Below the pieces are notes generated by a model. It had not been told where the DNA came from, made no database searches, and worked only from the letters and a program-made list of their open reading frames with translations. From Variovorax sp. (GTDB taxonomy: Bacteria; Pseudomonadota; Gammaproteobacteria; Burkholderiales; Burkholderiaceae_C): a DNA stretch of 64,000 bases. The stretch lies in NCBI GenBank assembly GCA_031376455.1, contig JANMDU010000058.1, positions 45,388 to 109,387 on the forward strand, given 5' to 3'. Below are positions 28,339 through 38,378 of the stretch, in pieces. The translations under genes and the position numbers were made by a program. How positions within the stretch are numbered: position 1 is the first letter of the stretch; each line of letters begins with the position of its first letter.

Positions 28339-29265
28339 TTGCCTTCAAATCAAAACCCCCTCGGCGCACTGCCGCGCCGCTTTCGCCAACAACGCTTATT
28401 GATCGTCGGTTGTGGCGATGTCGGGCTGCGTGTGGCCGCCCAATTGCCTGCACATGTGCGCTGTCTCGCGCTCACCTCTTCTCCGGAGCGAGCGCCGCAG
28501 CTGCAAGCGTTGGGTATCCAGCCTCTTGTGGGCAATTTAGACGATACGAGCAGCCTGCACCGCTTGGCAGGCATCGCAGATCGCGTGCTCCATCTCGCGC
28601 CGCCACCCACCGAAAATAAAGATGAATGGTGGCGCGATCCGCGCACTGCGCATCTGCTGCAAGCCCTGCGCCGTCGCAGCATGCCAGCCAAGTTTGTTTA
28701 CGGCTCCACCACGGGCGTGTATGGCGATTGCCAAGGCGATTGGGTGAGCGAGCGCCGCGCCACGCATGCTCACACGCCGCGCGCGCATCGCAGAGTCGAT
28801 GCAGAGCAACAGATTTTGGCATGCGCTCGTAGTGGCTTGTCGGCCAGTATTTTGCGAATTCCCGGCATTTATGCCAACAACCGAGAAGGCGGCACACCAC
28901 GCGCGCGTTTGCTCAAAGGCACGCCGGTGCTAGAGGCGCAAGACGATGTGTACACCAACCACATCCACGCCGACGATCTGGCTCGCGCCTGCATTGCTGC
29001 GCTATGGCGCGGCAAACCGCAGCGCATCTATAACGTGGCGGACGACACGCAACTCAAGATGGGCGATTACTTCGATCTCGCTGCTGATTTGTACAGCTTG
29101 CCGCGCCCACCGCGCATCAGCCGCGATGCTGCGAATGGCCAATTACCTTTGATGTTGCTCAGCTTCATGAGCGAATCACGGCGTATCACGAACGAGCGTA
29201 TGAAACGCGAGCTGCGTGTCGTGTTGCGGTACAGCGGCGTCTTGGATGGGTTGCGTTTGACTTAA
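28339..29265 (+). CDS. NAD-dependent epimerase/dehydratase (atypical SDR)
   Basis: IVGCGDVG, STTGVYGD, NHIHADDLA. Confidence 0.88.
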   Translation: MPSNQNPLGALPRRFRQQRLLIVGCGDVGLRVAAQLPAHVRCLALTSSPERAPQLQALGIQPLVGNLDDTSSLHRLAGIADRVLHLAPPPTENKDEWWRDPRTAHLLQALRRRSMPAKFVYGSTTGVYGDCQGDWVSERRATHAHTPRAHRRVDAEQQILACARSGLSASILRIPGIYANNREGGTPRARLLKGTPVLEAQDDVYTNHIHADDLARACIAALWRGKPQRIYNVADDTQLKMGDYFDLAADLYSLPRPPRISRDAANGQLPLMLLSFMSESRRITNERMKRELRVVLRYSGVLDGLRLT

Positions 29266-29351
29266 ATCTGACCGCAATTCCACGATCGGTTTTCGTCAAG
29301 CCTTAGAGACTCGCCACTATTCTCTAACAGCGCGACATTGGAAAAAGACAG

Positions 29352-30260
29352 CTAGGCAGCTGTTCGCGGCATGGAGGTGTCAAGCTGAGCAGGCAATACG
29401 ATGCCTTCGGCCAAGTTGCCGGCTTGCTTCGCCAAACTCTGCGAGAGCTCTTTGCGATAACGATTGAGCTCAGAAGCCGTTGTAAAGCTGCGCTCCATGA
29501 GCAAGCTCATGTTGTGCAGGATGCGCTCTACGACTTTCGTCTCCCACACGGCATCAAAATTGATTTGTTTATCCAACCAATGCTCGAGCCACTCGGGGTT
29601 CGGCAAGCGGCTTTGAATCGTGTCGCGCGGGAAGAGCGCTTTATTCACATGCAAATTGGTGGGATGCAGGGCTTGCGCGGTGCGCCGCGCACTGGCCATC
29701 AGCACGCCGACCTTGGTGAAGGCTGCTTTGGCTTCATCGCCAAATTTGCCAATCGCGCGCTTCATGTAGCGCAGATAGGCACCACCATGGCGTGCTTCAT
29801 CTTGACTGAGCGTGGTGTAGATGTGTTTGATCACCGGCTCGGTATGCCATTCGCTGGCACGGCGATACCAGTGGTTGAGGCGAATTTCGCCACAAAAATG
29901 CATCATCAACGTTTCAAGCGCTGGCGCGGGCTCAAACTCGAAGCGCACATCGTGCAGCTCCTGCTCTGTTGGCACAAGCTCCGGGCGAAACCGTTTTAAG
30001 TACTCCATCAATACCAAAGAGTGCTTTTGCTCTTCAAAAAACCAGATCGACATGAAGGCTGAGAAATCAGAATCATCACGGTTGTCTCGCAGAAACATTT
30101 CAGTGGCTGGCAGAGCAGACCACTCCGTGATGGCATTCATCTTAATCGTTTGCGCTTGCTCATCAGAGAGCAGGCCGCTTTGAAACTGCGCCCAAGGAAT
30201 ATCTTTCTCCATGTCCCAGCGGACGGATTCAAGTTGTTTAAAAAGTTCAGGATAAAGCAT
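29352..30260 (-). CDS. Ferritin-like diiron protein, acyl-ACP-desaturase-like
   Basis: Two ExxH motifs (EEQKH, DEARH). Confidence 0.75.
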   Translation of the reverse strand: MLYPELFKQLESVRWDMEKDIPWAQFQSGLLSDEQAQTIKMNAITEWSALPATEMFLRDNRDDSDFSAFMSIWFFEEQKHSLVLMEYLKRFRPELVPTEQELHDVRFEFEPAPALETLMMHFCGEIRLNHWYRRASEWHTEPVIKHIYTTLSQDEARHGGAYLRYMKRAIGKFGDEAKAAFTKVGVLMASARRTAQALHPTNLHVNKALFPRDTIQSRLPNPEWLEHWLDKQINFDAVWETKVVERILHNMSLLMERSFTTASELNRYRKELSQSLAKQAGNLAEGIVLPAQLDTSMPRTAA

Positions 30261-30483
30261 ATGGGTATCCAATGTTTTCAATGATTCTAGCGCCGCGCTG
30301 TGACGATGCAAGAGGCGCATGGCGCAGAGTCCTGCTGACACTTAAGGGCAAATCGAAACGGGTCTTTGTTGCGTATGTCACAAATAACTCACTCTTATGA
30401 TCCAACAAGCTTCTCGACAGGGCGTTCAAACATCAAAGATGCAAGCAATAGCTGGAATCTTCGCTTGCGCATCATGTTAAAAT

Positions 30484-30497
30484 TTACTAATTAGTAA
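30484..30497. promoter_or_regulatory. Perfect 14-bp palindrome, candidate operator of the cfa/ufa operon
   Basis: TTACTAATTAGTAA, 26 nt upstream of the first ATG. Confidence 0.5.
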
Positions 30498-30523
30498 TAA
30501 TTCAGACAATATCGTCTTAACTC

Positions 30524-31822
30524 ATGAGTTTACCTCGCAAAATCGCCATCATCGGCTCAGGCATTACAGGCCTCGGAGCAGCGCACGCGTTGAGCGGCGC
30601 GGCCGAGGTCACGTTGTTTGAAGCGGGTCGCTATTTTGGGGGTCATGCCAATACAGTCGATGTGACCTTGCCCACACCACATGGCGAGCGCACGCACGGC
30701 ATTGATACTGGTTTTTTGGTCTACAACGAACGCACCTACCCCAATCTGATCGCTTTGTTTGAGCAACTCGGCGTACACACCAGCATGACGGAGATGAGCT
30801 TTTCTGTGCAATGCCGTGATGGCACCAGGCCACTGGAATGGAGTGGAGGCAGTCTAGATACCGTGTTTGCACAGCGCAGCAATCTGTTTCGTCCGCGATT
30901 TTTGAAGATGCTCATGGAGCTATTGCGCTTGAACAAGCTCTGCACGCAGATTGCACAGGCTGGTACGGAGGAGCAATTGGCGCAGCCCTTGCAGGATTTT
31001 TTGGCTGAGCATCGCTTCGGTCAAGAAGTCCGCGAATGGTATTTGCTGCCCATGCTGGGCTGTATTTGGAGTTGCCCGACAAGCCAAATGCTCCAGTTCC
31101 CGGTCTCCACTATGATCCGGTTTTGCAACAATCATGGCTTGATGCAGGTTGCCAACCGCCCTAAGTGGTGGACTGTGACGGGTGGATCGCGCAACTACGT
31201 CAAAGCCATCACCGACAAAATTTCAGACAAACGCTTGAATACTAGCGTCGTGCTTGTGGAAAGAGACGCTGGGGGTGTGCGCGTGATCACGGCGGGCCAA
31301 TCAGAGCGATTCGATCAAGTGATTTTCGCAACACATGCGCCGCAAGCGCTGGCTTTGCTGCGCGATGCCAGCCTGCATGAGCGCGAGATTTTAGGTGCGT
31401 TCAAAACGCAGGCCAATAAGGTTGTCCTGCACACAGAAGCTAGCGTATTACCCAAGGCAAAGCTGGCTTGGAGCGCTTGGAACTACGTGCGCGGCGATGC
31501 CGCCCAAGAAAGCAGCCGCGTCTGCTTGCATTATCTGATTAACAAATTGCAGCCAATCCCGTTTGCGCAACCCGTCGTGGTCAGCTTGAATCCGACGCAA
31601 GATATTTCTAGCGACAAGATCAAGGGTGAGTACGATTACTCGCATCCAGTGATGGATTTGCCAGCGATCGCTGCGCAAAAGCGACTGTCAGAGATCAATG
31701 GCAAAAACAAGATATGGTTTTGTGGCGCGTGGACGCGCTATGGGTTTCATGAAGATGGCCTGATGTCAGGCTTGGCGGCGGCTCGCGTGATCTTGAAACA
31801 GATTCATGGAGCAGCCGTATGA
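30524..31822 (+). CDS. FAD-dependent oxidoreductase (amine-oxidase-like; UfaD/RSP1091-like)
   Basis: IGSGITG, GGHANT, DTGFLVYN, GFHEDG. Confidence 0.88.
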   Translation: MSLPRKIAIIGSGITGLGAAHALSGAAEVTLFEAGRYFGGHANTVDVTLPTPHGERTHGIDTGFLVYNERTYPNLIALFEQLGVHTSMTEMSFSVQCRDGTRPLEWSGGSLDTVFAQRSNLFRPRFLKMLMELLRLNKLCTQIAQAGTEEQLAQPLQDFLAEHRFGQEVREWYLLPMLGCIWSCPTSQMLQFPVSTMIRFCNNHGLMQVANRPKWWTVTGGSRNYVKAITDKISDKRLNTSVVLVERDAGGVRVITAGQSERFDQVIFATHAPQALALLRDASLHEREILGAFKTQANKVVLHTEASVLPKAKLAWSAWNYVRGDAAQESSRVCLHYLINKLQPIPFAQPVVVSLNPTQDISSDKIKGEYDYSHPVMDLPAIAAQKRLSEINGKNKIWFCGAWTRYGFHEDGLMSGLAAARVILKQIHGAAV

Positions 31823-32607
31823 GTAACGCGGCAGGAGGCACTGAACATGTTAATGTGGCCATGATGGGTTTTGGTTGCGTACGCCACACACGCCTGCGTC
31901 CTGCGCGCAATGCATTCACCTATCCCACCTACTTCCTGATGCTGCCCATGCGCAGCATGGCCTTGAATGGTGCGGGAGATTTAGTGCGCAATAGAGGCGC
32001 TGCCATCAGTTTCTACGACAAAGACCACGGCGATGGCCGAGCTGATGCTCTGTCTTGGCTCGATGAGATCTTGCGCAATGAAAGCGTGGAGGACGCATCG
32101 GGCGAAGTGTGGCTGCATTGCTATCCGCGTGTGCTCGGCTACAGCTTTAAGCCGGTGAGCTTTTGGTATTGCCACCGCGCCGATGGTGCGCTTCGCGCGG
32201 TTGTGGTAGAGGTGAACAACACCTTCGGCGAGCGGCATGTGTATTTACTCGATCATGCGAAATTTGGCTGCGAACAAACTGCAACAAAGATGTTCCACGT
32301 TTCTCCGTTTTGCAACGTTGAAGGCCAATATCGCTTCCGTTTTATGACCACAACCGATCAACGCATTGTTCAACGAACGGTGGCTCGCATCGATTACGAC
32401 GATAACGCTGGCGCTTTGCTGCAGACCTCTGTCAGCGGCGATCTGCAGCCGCTCAACGCGCAAGCCGTGCGCAAGGCTATTTTTACTTTCGGCACGATGA
32501 CGCTGGGCGTGATCGCGCGAATTCATTGGCAAGCGGTGAAGCTGTTTATGAAGCGCGTTCCGTTTTTCTCTAAGCCCACGCCGCCCTCTGTTTTGGTTTC
32601 AAGATAA
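31819..32607 (+). CDS. DUF1365 family protein (UfaO/RSP1090-like)
   Basis: RHTR..P..NAFTY, FKPVSFWYC, EVNNTFGERH, K.FHVSPF. Confidence 0.9.
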   Translation: MSNAAGGTEHVNVAMMGFGCVRHTRLRPARNAFTYPTYFLMLPMRSMALNGAGDLVRNRGAAISFYDKDHGDGRADALSWLDEILRNESVEDASGEVWLHCYPRVLGYSFKPVSFWYCHRADGALRAVVVEVNNTFGERHVYLLDHAKFGCEQTATKMFHVSPFCNVEGQYRFRFMTTTDQRIVQRTVARIDYDDNAGALLQTSVSGDLQPLNAQAVRKAIFTFGTMTLGVIARIHWQAVKLFMKRVPFFSKPTPPSVLVSR

Positions 32608-32620
32608 CAAACAACACATC

Positions 32621-33850
32621 ATGCAAAGTTCAACCTCCGCGCAACAATTTGAGATTCCCGCAGGCGCGCCAGCCGCAGCGCGCACTTGCCTCAAACTTTT
32701 GCAACAACTCAAGCACGGCTCGCTCAGCGTTCAACTGCCGGACGGCAGCAGCCAGCATTTCGGCCAATCGAGTGACGTTGCAAAAATTCATGGCAACTTG
32801 AATTTACACAATTGGAATCCATGCTCAGCTGCGCTCAAGTCTGGCGATATTGGCTTCGCAGAGAGCTATATCGCAGGCGACTGGAGCACCGCCAATTTAG
32901 CCAGCGTGCTGCGCATCTTTGTGGCCAATCGCAGAGAAGTTGAAGACATCATCTATGGCACGTGGTTCGGACGTTTGGCTTACCGTATCAAGCATTTGCT
33001 CAATCGCAACACCAAGGGAAATTCACAAAAAAATATCCACGCACATTACGATTTAGGCAACGCTTTTTATGAGCTTTGGTTAGATCAGAGCATGAGTTAT
33101 TCCTCTGCGCTGTTTGAGGGCGATCTGTCCAAACCCATGATCGATGCGCAATACGCCAAGGTGCGCCGTGCGCTACGCATGGCGGGCGTCAAGCCCTCGG
33201 ATCGTGTTTTGGAAATTGGTTGTGGTTGGGGCGGCTTAGCGGAAATCAGTGCTCGCGAGTTTGATGCGAATGTCACGGGGGTAACTCTCTCCACTGAACA
33301 ATTAGATTTTGCGAAACTTCGCATGGAGCGCATCGGTCATGCTGTAAACGCTGATTTGCGTTTACAGGACTATCGCGATATTCAAGACGCGCCCTTTGAT
33401 GCGATTTGTTCGATTGAAATGGTCGAGGCTGTAGGGCGTGAATATTGGGCAGAGTATTTTTCTACCGTCGCCCGACTGCTCAAGAGTGGTGGCAAAGCAT
33501 GCATTCAAGCGATCACAATTGATGACGCGTTGTTTGAGCGTTATGTGAAATCCACAGACTTTATTCAACAGTATATTTTCCCGGGCGGCTGCTTGCCCAG
33601 CCCCAGTGAATTTAGAAAAGCAGCGGAAGCGGCTGGTTTAAAAGTCATCGATCAATTTGCGTTTGGCAAAGATTACGCAGAAACATGCCGACGCTGGCGT
33701 GCAGACTTTCTGCAAAAACGCGCAGTGATCTTGCCACTCGGCTTTGATGAAAAATTCATGCGGACTTGGGAGTTCTATTTGGCTTATTGTGAAGCGGCAT
33801 TCGAAGAGCAAAACATTGATGTCATGCAATTTACTTTGTTGAAAGCATGA
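32621..33850 (+). CDS. cfa: Cyclopropane-fatty-acyl-phospholipid synthase family SAM methyltransferase (UfaM-like)
   Basis: HYDLGN, LEIGCGWG, SIEMVEAVG, IFPGG. Confidence 0.9.
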   Translation: MQSSTSAQQFEIPAGAPAAARTCLKLLQQLKHGSLSVQLPDGSSQHFGQSSDVAKIHGNLNLHNWNPCSAALKSGDIGFAESYIAGDWSTANLASVLRIFVANRREVEDIIYGTWFGRLAYRIKHLLNRNTKGNSQKNIHAHYDLGNAFYELWLDQSMSYSSALFEGDLSKPMIDAQYAKVRRALRMAGVKPSDRVLEIGCGWGGLAEISAREFDANVTGVTLSTEQLDFAKLRMERIGHAVNADLRLQDYRDIQDAPFDAICSIEMVEAVGREYWAEYFSTVARLLKSGGKACIQAITIDDALFERYVKSTDFIQQYIFPGGCLPSPSEFRKAAEAAGLKVIDQFAFGKDYAETCRRWRADFLQKRAVILPLGFDEKFMRTWEFYLAYCEAAFEEQNIDVMQFTLLKA

Positions 33851-33856
33851 CGCGAT

Positions 33857-34453
33857 ATGAAATTTCTCACCACCTTTCGCCACCTAAATGCTACTGTAAT
33901 GATAGCATTTAGCGCTTATTTAATGCCGGCTAGCAGCTTATTTGCCTCTACAAATAGCGCTGCAACGCCTGCGGCGATTGCGCAGGCCATTGGAGGTGCG
34001 CGAGCTATCGGGCAAGCTCGGCTCACGGTGTATGGCTTCAACATCTATGACGCGAAACTTTGGGCTGCTGATGGATTTTCCTCAACAAGCTTTGTAACAC
34101 AACAGTTTGCGCTAGAACTTCGCTATCTGCGCAATTTCAAAGGCGAGATGATTGCCGAGCGTTCACTATCTGAGATGCTTCGATTGGGCGAGATCAGCGA
34201 TGAAAAGGCTTCGAATTGGCTTGCGAGTATGAAGAAAACCTTTCCCGATGTGAAGAAAGGCGATGTGCTGATAGGTATTCATCGGCCAGATGGCAGCGCC
34301 AGTTTCAATTTGAATGGCAAACCGATTGGCGATGTCATCGACGCAGAGTTCACGCGATATTTCTTCGGCATCTGGCTCAGCCCCAGAACGAGCGAGCCAA
34401 AAATGCGCAAAGACTTGATCGGCACAGTAGCTTTTGAGGCGAAGCCAAAGTGA
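33857..34453 (+). CDS. Exported chalcone-isomerase-like protein
   Basis: G..RL..YGF.IYDA.L, L.Y.R, F..IWL pattern; typical position in cfa clusters. Confidence 0.8.
   Translation: MKFLTTFRHLNATVMIAFSAYLMPASSLFASTNSAATPAAIAQAIGGARAIGQARLTVYGFNIYDAKLWAADGFSSTSFVTQQFALELRYLRNFKGEMIAERSLSEMLRLGEISDEKASNWLASMKKTFPDVKKGDVLIGIHRPDGSASFNLNGKPIGDVIDAEFTRYFFGIWLSPRTSEPKMRKDLIGTVAFEAKPK
33890..33956 (-). repeat. Family-1 element, in-frame in the CHI-like signal peptide
   Basis: gctactgtaatgatagcatttagcgcttatttaatgccggctagcagc. Confidence 0.72.
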
Positions 34454-35736
34454 TCCCTGTGCAGCCACTTATCCCCTCGTCGCCTTGGTCTGTGAGCCAA
34501 GGGCTGCGCTATGGTGCTTTGGGTATTGCTTTGGCTTTTGTGGCGTTGCCGCTTTATGTCTTGCTGCCTAATTTTTATGCGCGTGAATTCGGTGTGGGCT
34601 TGACGACACTTGGGGGCATTTTGCTAGGCGCGCGATTGTTTGATGCAGTGATAGATCCTGCGCTAGGCGGTTGGGCTGATCGTTTGTTTGGCCGCTCGGT
34701 CAAAAAGGCTTTGCGCGTGGCTTTCGCGGCAGCAGTGGTGCTGGCGCTAGGGTTTGCAGCTTTGTTTTTCCCGCCTGTGCGCGGCAACGATCTTCTGGTT
34801 TGGGTCACCGTTGCGTTGATCGTGACTTATGCGGCCTACAGCTTTGTGAGTGTGACGCATCAAAGCTGGGGCGCTCGGCTGGGCGGAGATGCAGCATTTC
34901 GCGCGCGCGTTGCCGCATGGCGAGAGGCACCGGGCTTAATCGGTGTGTTGCTGGCATCGACGCTGCCGATTGTGGCTGGGTTGCCTGCCATGGTGGCGGT
35001 GTTTTTTATGCTACTGGCTCTTGGCCTGTGGGCTTTGTCGCATGCACCGAGGCCCGCCGTGAGAACAACCAATGCGGCAGCAAGTCATGCCAAACAAGAT
35101 GTGATGCGGCCTTGGCAAAATGCACGCTTTCGCGCTTTGATGTTAATTTTTGTGTTGAACGGCATTGCCAGTGCTGTGCCAGCGACTTTGGTACTGTTCT
35201 TTGTGCAAGATTTGCTGCAAGCGCCGAAGGATATGGAGGCCGTGTTTCTAGGGGTCTATTTCATCGCCGGTGCTTTGGCCATTCCACTTTGGATGCAAGC
35301 TGTCAAGCGTATCGGTTTGGCGTGGGGCTGGTTGGCCAGCATGGTGCTCTCCATTTTGGTGTTTATCTGGGCTGCGACTTTGGGCGCGGGCGATGTATGG
35401 GCTTATGCAGCGGTGTGTGCTTTGTCTGGGGTTGCGTTGGGTGCTGATTTGGCGTTTCCCAGTGCATTGCTCACCGGTGCTATTCAAGCGCAAGGTGATC
35501 AAGATCAGCATGAGGGCGCCTATTACGGCTGGTGGAACTTTGCGACCAAGCTCAACATGGCGCTTGCAGCGGGCTTAGCACTGCCCTTGCTCGACATGTT
35601 TGGCTACACACCAGGCGCGCGCAGCCCGCAAGCTTTGCACGCTTTGGTGATTGCGTATTGTGTGCTGCCGTGCGCTCTTAAATTAATAGCGTCTGGCGCA
35701 TTGTTTATGGCGGCCAGAGGCCAAAAGTTCACTTAA
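34450..35736 (+). CDS. MFS transporter (GPH sugar/cation symporter-like)
   Basis: About 12 TM segments; ARLFDAVIDP motif. Confidence 0.88.
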   Translation: MIPVQPLIPSSPWSVSQGLRYGALGIALAFVALPLYVLLPNFYAREFGVGLTTLGGILLGARLFDAVIDPALGGWADRLFGRSVKKALRVAFAAAVVLALGFAALFFPPVRGNDLLVWVTVALIVTYAAYSFVSVTHQSWGARLGGDAAFRARVAAWREAPGLIGVLLASTLPIVAGLPAMVAVFFMLLALGLWALSHAPRPAVRTTNAAASHAKQDVMRPWQNARFRALMLIFVLNGIASAVPATLVLFFVQDLLQAPKDMEAVFLGVYFIAGALAIPLWMQAVKRIGLAWGWLASMVLSILVFIWAATLGAGDVWAYAAVCALSGVALGADLAFPSALLTGAIQAQGDQDQHEGAYYGWWNFATKLNMALAAGLALPLLDMFGYTPGARSPQALHALVIAYCVLPCALKLIASGALFMAARGQKFT

Positions 35737-35740
35737 AAGG
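35674..35740 (-). repeat. Family-1 element forming the MFS C-terminus and stop
   Basis: gctcttaaattaatagcgtctggcgcattgtttatggcggccagaggccaaaa. Confidence 0.65.
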
Positions 35741-35745
35741 AGTTA

Positions 35746-36315
35746 ATGATGTCTAGACTTGCTTCACGTCGGTTTTTACTCGCAGCAACGGGTGCGGCGG
35801 CTACTTTGGCAATCACAGGCTGCGGCACGCGCCCACAGGTGGCAGATTACGCCAATGAAAAACCTGTCTTTGATCTCAAAGCCTATTTCAATGGCCGCGT
35901 TGACGGCTGGGGCATCTTCACAGATCGCGATGGCAAAGTCGCGCGGCGCTTCATCGTCACGATGAATTGCTCATGGAATGGCGAAAATGGCATTCTCGAT
36001 GAAGATTTTATCTACAGCGATGGCAAAAAAGAAAAGCGCATTTGGCGCATGAAACGCATGACGGGCACTGATGGTGTCGTCCGCTACGAAGGCCGCGCGG
36101 ATGATGTGGTGGGCATCGGCAATGGCGAGCAACGCGGCAACGCGTTTCGCTGGGGCTACACGCTCGCGCTACCGGTCGATGGTAAGGTTTACGAGGTGCA
36201 GTTCGACGATTGGATGTACCAAGTGGACAACCAAGTCGTGATCAACAAAGCCACCATGAGTAAATTCGGTATTACGCTTGGCGAGCTAGTCGTCACATTT
36301 TCGAAGAAAATTTAA
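35746..36315 (+). CDS. DUF3833 family lipoprotein
   Basis: Lipobox ITGC; YFNG, LDEDF.YSDG, FDDWM, KFGI. Confidence 0.88.
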   Translation: MMSRLASRRFLLAATGAAATLAITGCGTRPQVADYANEKPVFDLKAYFNGRVDGWGIFTDRDGKVARRFIVTMNCSWNGENGILDEDFIYSDGKKEKRIWRMKRMTGTDGVVRYEGRADDVVGIGNGEQRGNAFRWGYTLALPVDGKVYEVQFDDWMYQVDNQVVINKATMSKFGITLGELVVTFSKKI

Positions 36316-36377
36316 ATCTCATCGGATTCCCGTTGGCTCTCCGTGTCCATCAGATCAAACATAACAAAGCAGCCATC

Positions 36378-37148
36378 ATGAGCCTGAACCCAAAAATCGC
36401 CAATTGGCATGGCAAACGTATTTGGCTCGTGGGCGCATCAACAGGCATTGGCCGCGCCACGGCTGAAGCGCTACATGCGCAAGGTGCCACAGTCATCGTC
36501 TCGGCGCGAAGCGCTGCGCCTCTGGCAGAGCTCGCGGCACTCTGTCCGGGCATGCAAACCATTGCGCTTGATGCCACCGATGAGGTCGCTGTGAAAGCGA
36601 CGGCCGCCCAACTGATTGCGGATGGCGGAATTGATCTCATGATGTACTGCGCCGGTGTTTATCAGCCGCTCCGTGCGCAAGAGCTGAGTAGTAGCACGAT
36701 GGCGCAGCATATGCAGGTTAACTATCTGGGTGCGGTGTACGTGACGGAGGCAGTGCTGCCAGCGATGCTCATCTCCAAGCGCGGGCATTTGAGCTATGTA
36801 TCCAGCGTGGCAGGGTTTCGAGGTTTGCCCAAATCTTTGGCCTATGGGCCAACGAAAGCAGCCATGATCAACATGGCAGAAACGCTGTATATTGATTTGC
36901 ATGATGAGGGTTTAGGCGTAAGCATCATCAATCCAGGATTCGTCGAGACGCCGCTCACTTCTCAGAATACTTTTCATATGCCAGCTCTAATTAAGCCTGC
37001 GCAAGCTGCTACTGAAATCATAGCGGGCTGGGAGACGGGTAAATTTGAAATGCATTTCCCGAAGCGCTTTACGAGCTGGCTAAAAATCATGCGCAGCATG
37101 CCGTATAGCGTGTATTTCAAGATGACACGGCAATTCACGGGGCTTTAG
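36378..37148 (+). CDS. Short-chain dehydrogenase/reductase
   Basis: GASTGIG, YGPTK (YxxxK). Confidence 0.92.
   Translation: MSLNPKIANWHGKRIWLVGASTGIGRATAEALHAQGATVIVSARSAAPLAELAALCPGMQTIALDATDEVAVKATAAQLIADGGIDLMMYCAGVYQPLRAQELSSSTMAQHMQVNYLGAVYVTEAVLPAMLISKRGHLSYVSSVAGFRGLPKSLAYGPTKAAMINMAETLYIDLHDEGLGVSIINPGFVETPLTSQNTFHMPALIKPAQAATEIIAGWETGKFEMHFPKRFTSWLKIMRSMPYSVYFKMTRQFTGL
36997..37024 (+). repeat. Partial family-1 element in the SDR gene
   Basis: ctgcgcaagctgctactgaaatcatagc (right half only). Confidence 0.45.
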
Positions 37149-37151
37149 AAA

Positions 37152-37595
37152 ATGCCTCACATTACATCTGATCCGCGCGTGCAGCGTATCGCAGATTTTT
37201 TTGAAACTTTGCAGCCTGCATCTGTGCAGCGAATGGATGAGCTTTATACGCAAGATGCCTATTTCAAAGATCCGTTTAACGAAGTGCGCGGGCTAGAAGA
37301 GGTGCAGCGTATATTCAGCCACATGTATGTCGCGCTCAACGCTCCGTATTTTGTGGTGACAAACACCGTGACGCAGGGCGATCAGTGTTTTGTCGTTTGG
37401 GATTTCAAATTCCGCTTCAAGCGCTTTGATACGGTGACTGTGCAAACCGTTCGTGGCTGCTCGCATTTGCAGCTTGCGCCGGATGGACGCATTGCTTTTC
37501 ATCGAGATTACTGGGATGCGGCTGAAGAGTTGTATGAAAAATTGCCCTATGTTGGGTCTTTGATGCGCTGGCTCAAAAAGCGCGCTAATGCCTGA
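37152..37595 (+). CDS. SnoaL/NTF2-like protein
   Basis: FKDPFNEV, HRDYWDAAEELYEKLP. Confidence 0.88.
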   Translation: MPHITSDPRVQRIADFFETLQPASVQRMDELYTQDAYFKDPFNEVRGLEEVQRIFSHMYVALNAPYFVVTNTVTQGDQCFVVWDFKFRFKRFDTVTVQTVRGCSHLQLAPDGRIAFHRDYWDAAEELYEKLPYVGSLMRWLKKRANA

Positions 37596-37608
37596 AAGAA
37601 AACAGATC

Positions 37609-38370
37609 ATGATCAAATATTTTCAAAAGACATTTGCAGTGTTATCGCTGTGCTTCGTAGCAACAGCAACGCAAGCGGCGGATCTCAAGGTGTTGACCGC
37701 TGGCGCTTTTAAGCCAGTGCTGGTTGCTCTGCAACACGAATTTGAAAAGCAAACCGGACATCGCTTAATCATTGACAACGATACAGCGGGTGGCTTGCAA
37801 AGGCGGATTGCGGCTGGCGAGGCATTTGATGTACTTGTGGTGACGCCTGCTGTCTTGACGACGCTCGGAAGCCAAGGAAAATTATCAGAGAGCAGCGCGC
37901 AGCGCTTGGCTCGCGTGGCCATCGGCGTCGCGGTTAAAAATGGTGATCGAGCGCCAGATATTTCCACGGTGGCAAATTTTCAAGCAGCGCTGCTAGCCGC
38001 ACGGGCTGTCGCCTATATCGATCCTGCAGCGGGCGGATCGAGCGGCATTTATCTCTCCAATTTGTTTGAAAAGTGGGGGCTCAAAGAGCGCATCAATGCC
38101 AAGGCTGTGCTCGTACCGGGCGGCTTGGTGGCGGAGCGGCTCTTGAACAGTCAAGCAGATTTGGCGGTGCATCAGATTAGCGAGATTTTGGCTGTTCAAG
38201 GCGTGACCTTGGTCGGGCCGCTTCCCGCAGAAATTCAAAACTACACGGTTTACAGCGGCGCAATTTCTAGCAGCAGTGCGCAAGCGATAGCAGCCAAGCA
38301 ACTCATTGATGCCTTGAACAGCCCAGCAGCTGCTGCTATTCTGCAGAGCAAGGGCATGGAGCGGCCCTAA
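37609..38370 (+). CDS. ModA-like periplasmic substrate-binding protein
   Basis: Signal peptide; DPAAGGSSG, QISE, GPLP.EIQNYT. Confidence 0.82.
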   Translation: MIKYFQKTFAVLSLCFVATATQAADLKVLTAGAFKPVLVALQHEFEKQTGHRLIIDNDTAGGLQRRIAAGEAFDVLVVTPAVLTTLGSQGKLSESSAQRLARVAIGVAVKNGDRAPDISTVANFQAALLAARAVAYIDPAAGGSSGIYLSNLFEKWGLKERINAKAVLVPGGLVAERLLNSQADLAVHQISEILAVQGVTLVGPLPAEIQNYTVYSGAISSSSAQAIAAKQLIDALNSPAAAAILQSKGMERP

Positions 38371-38378
38371 AGAATTCG

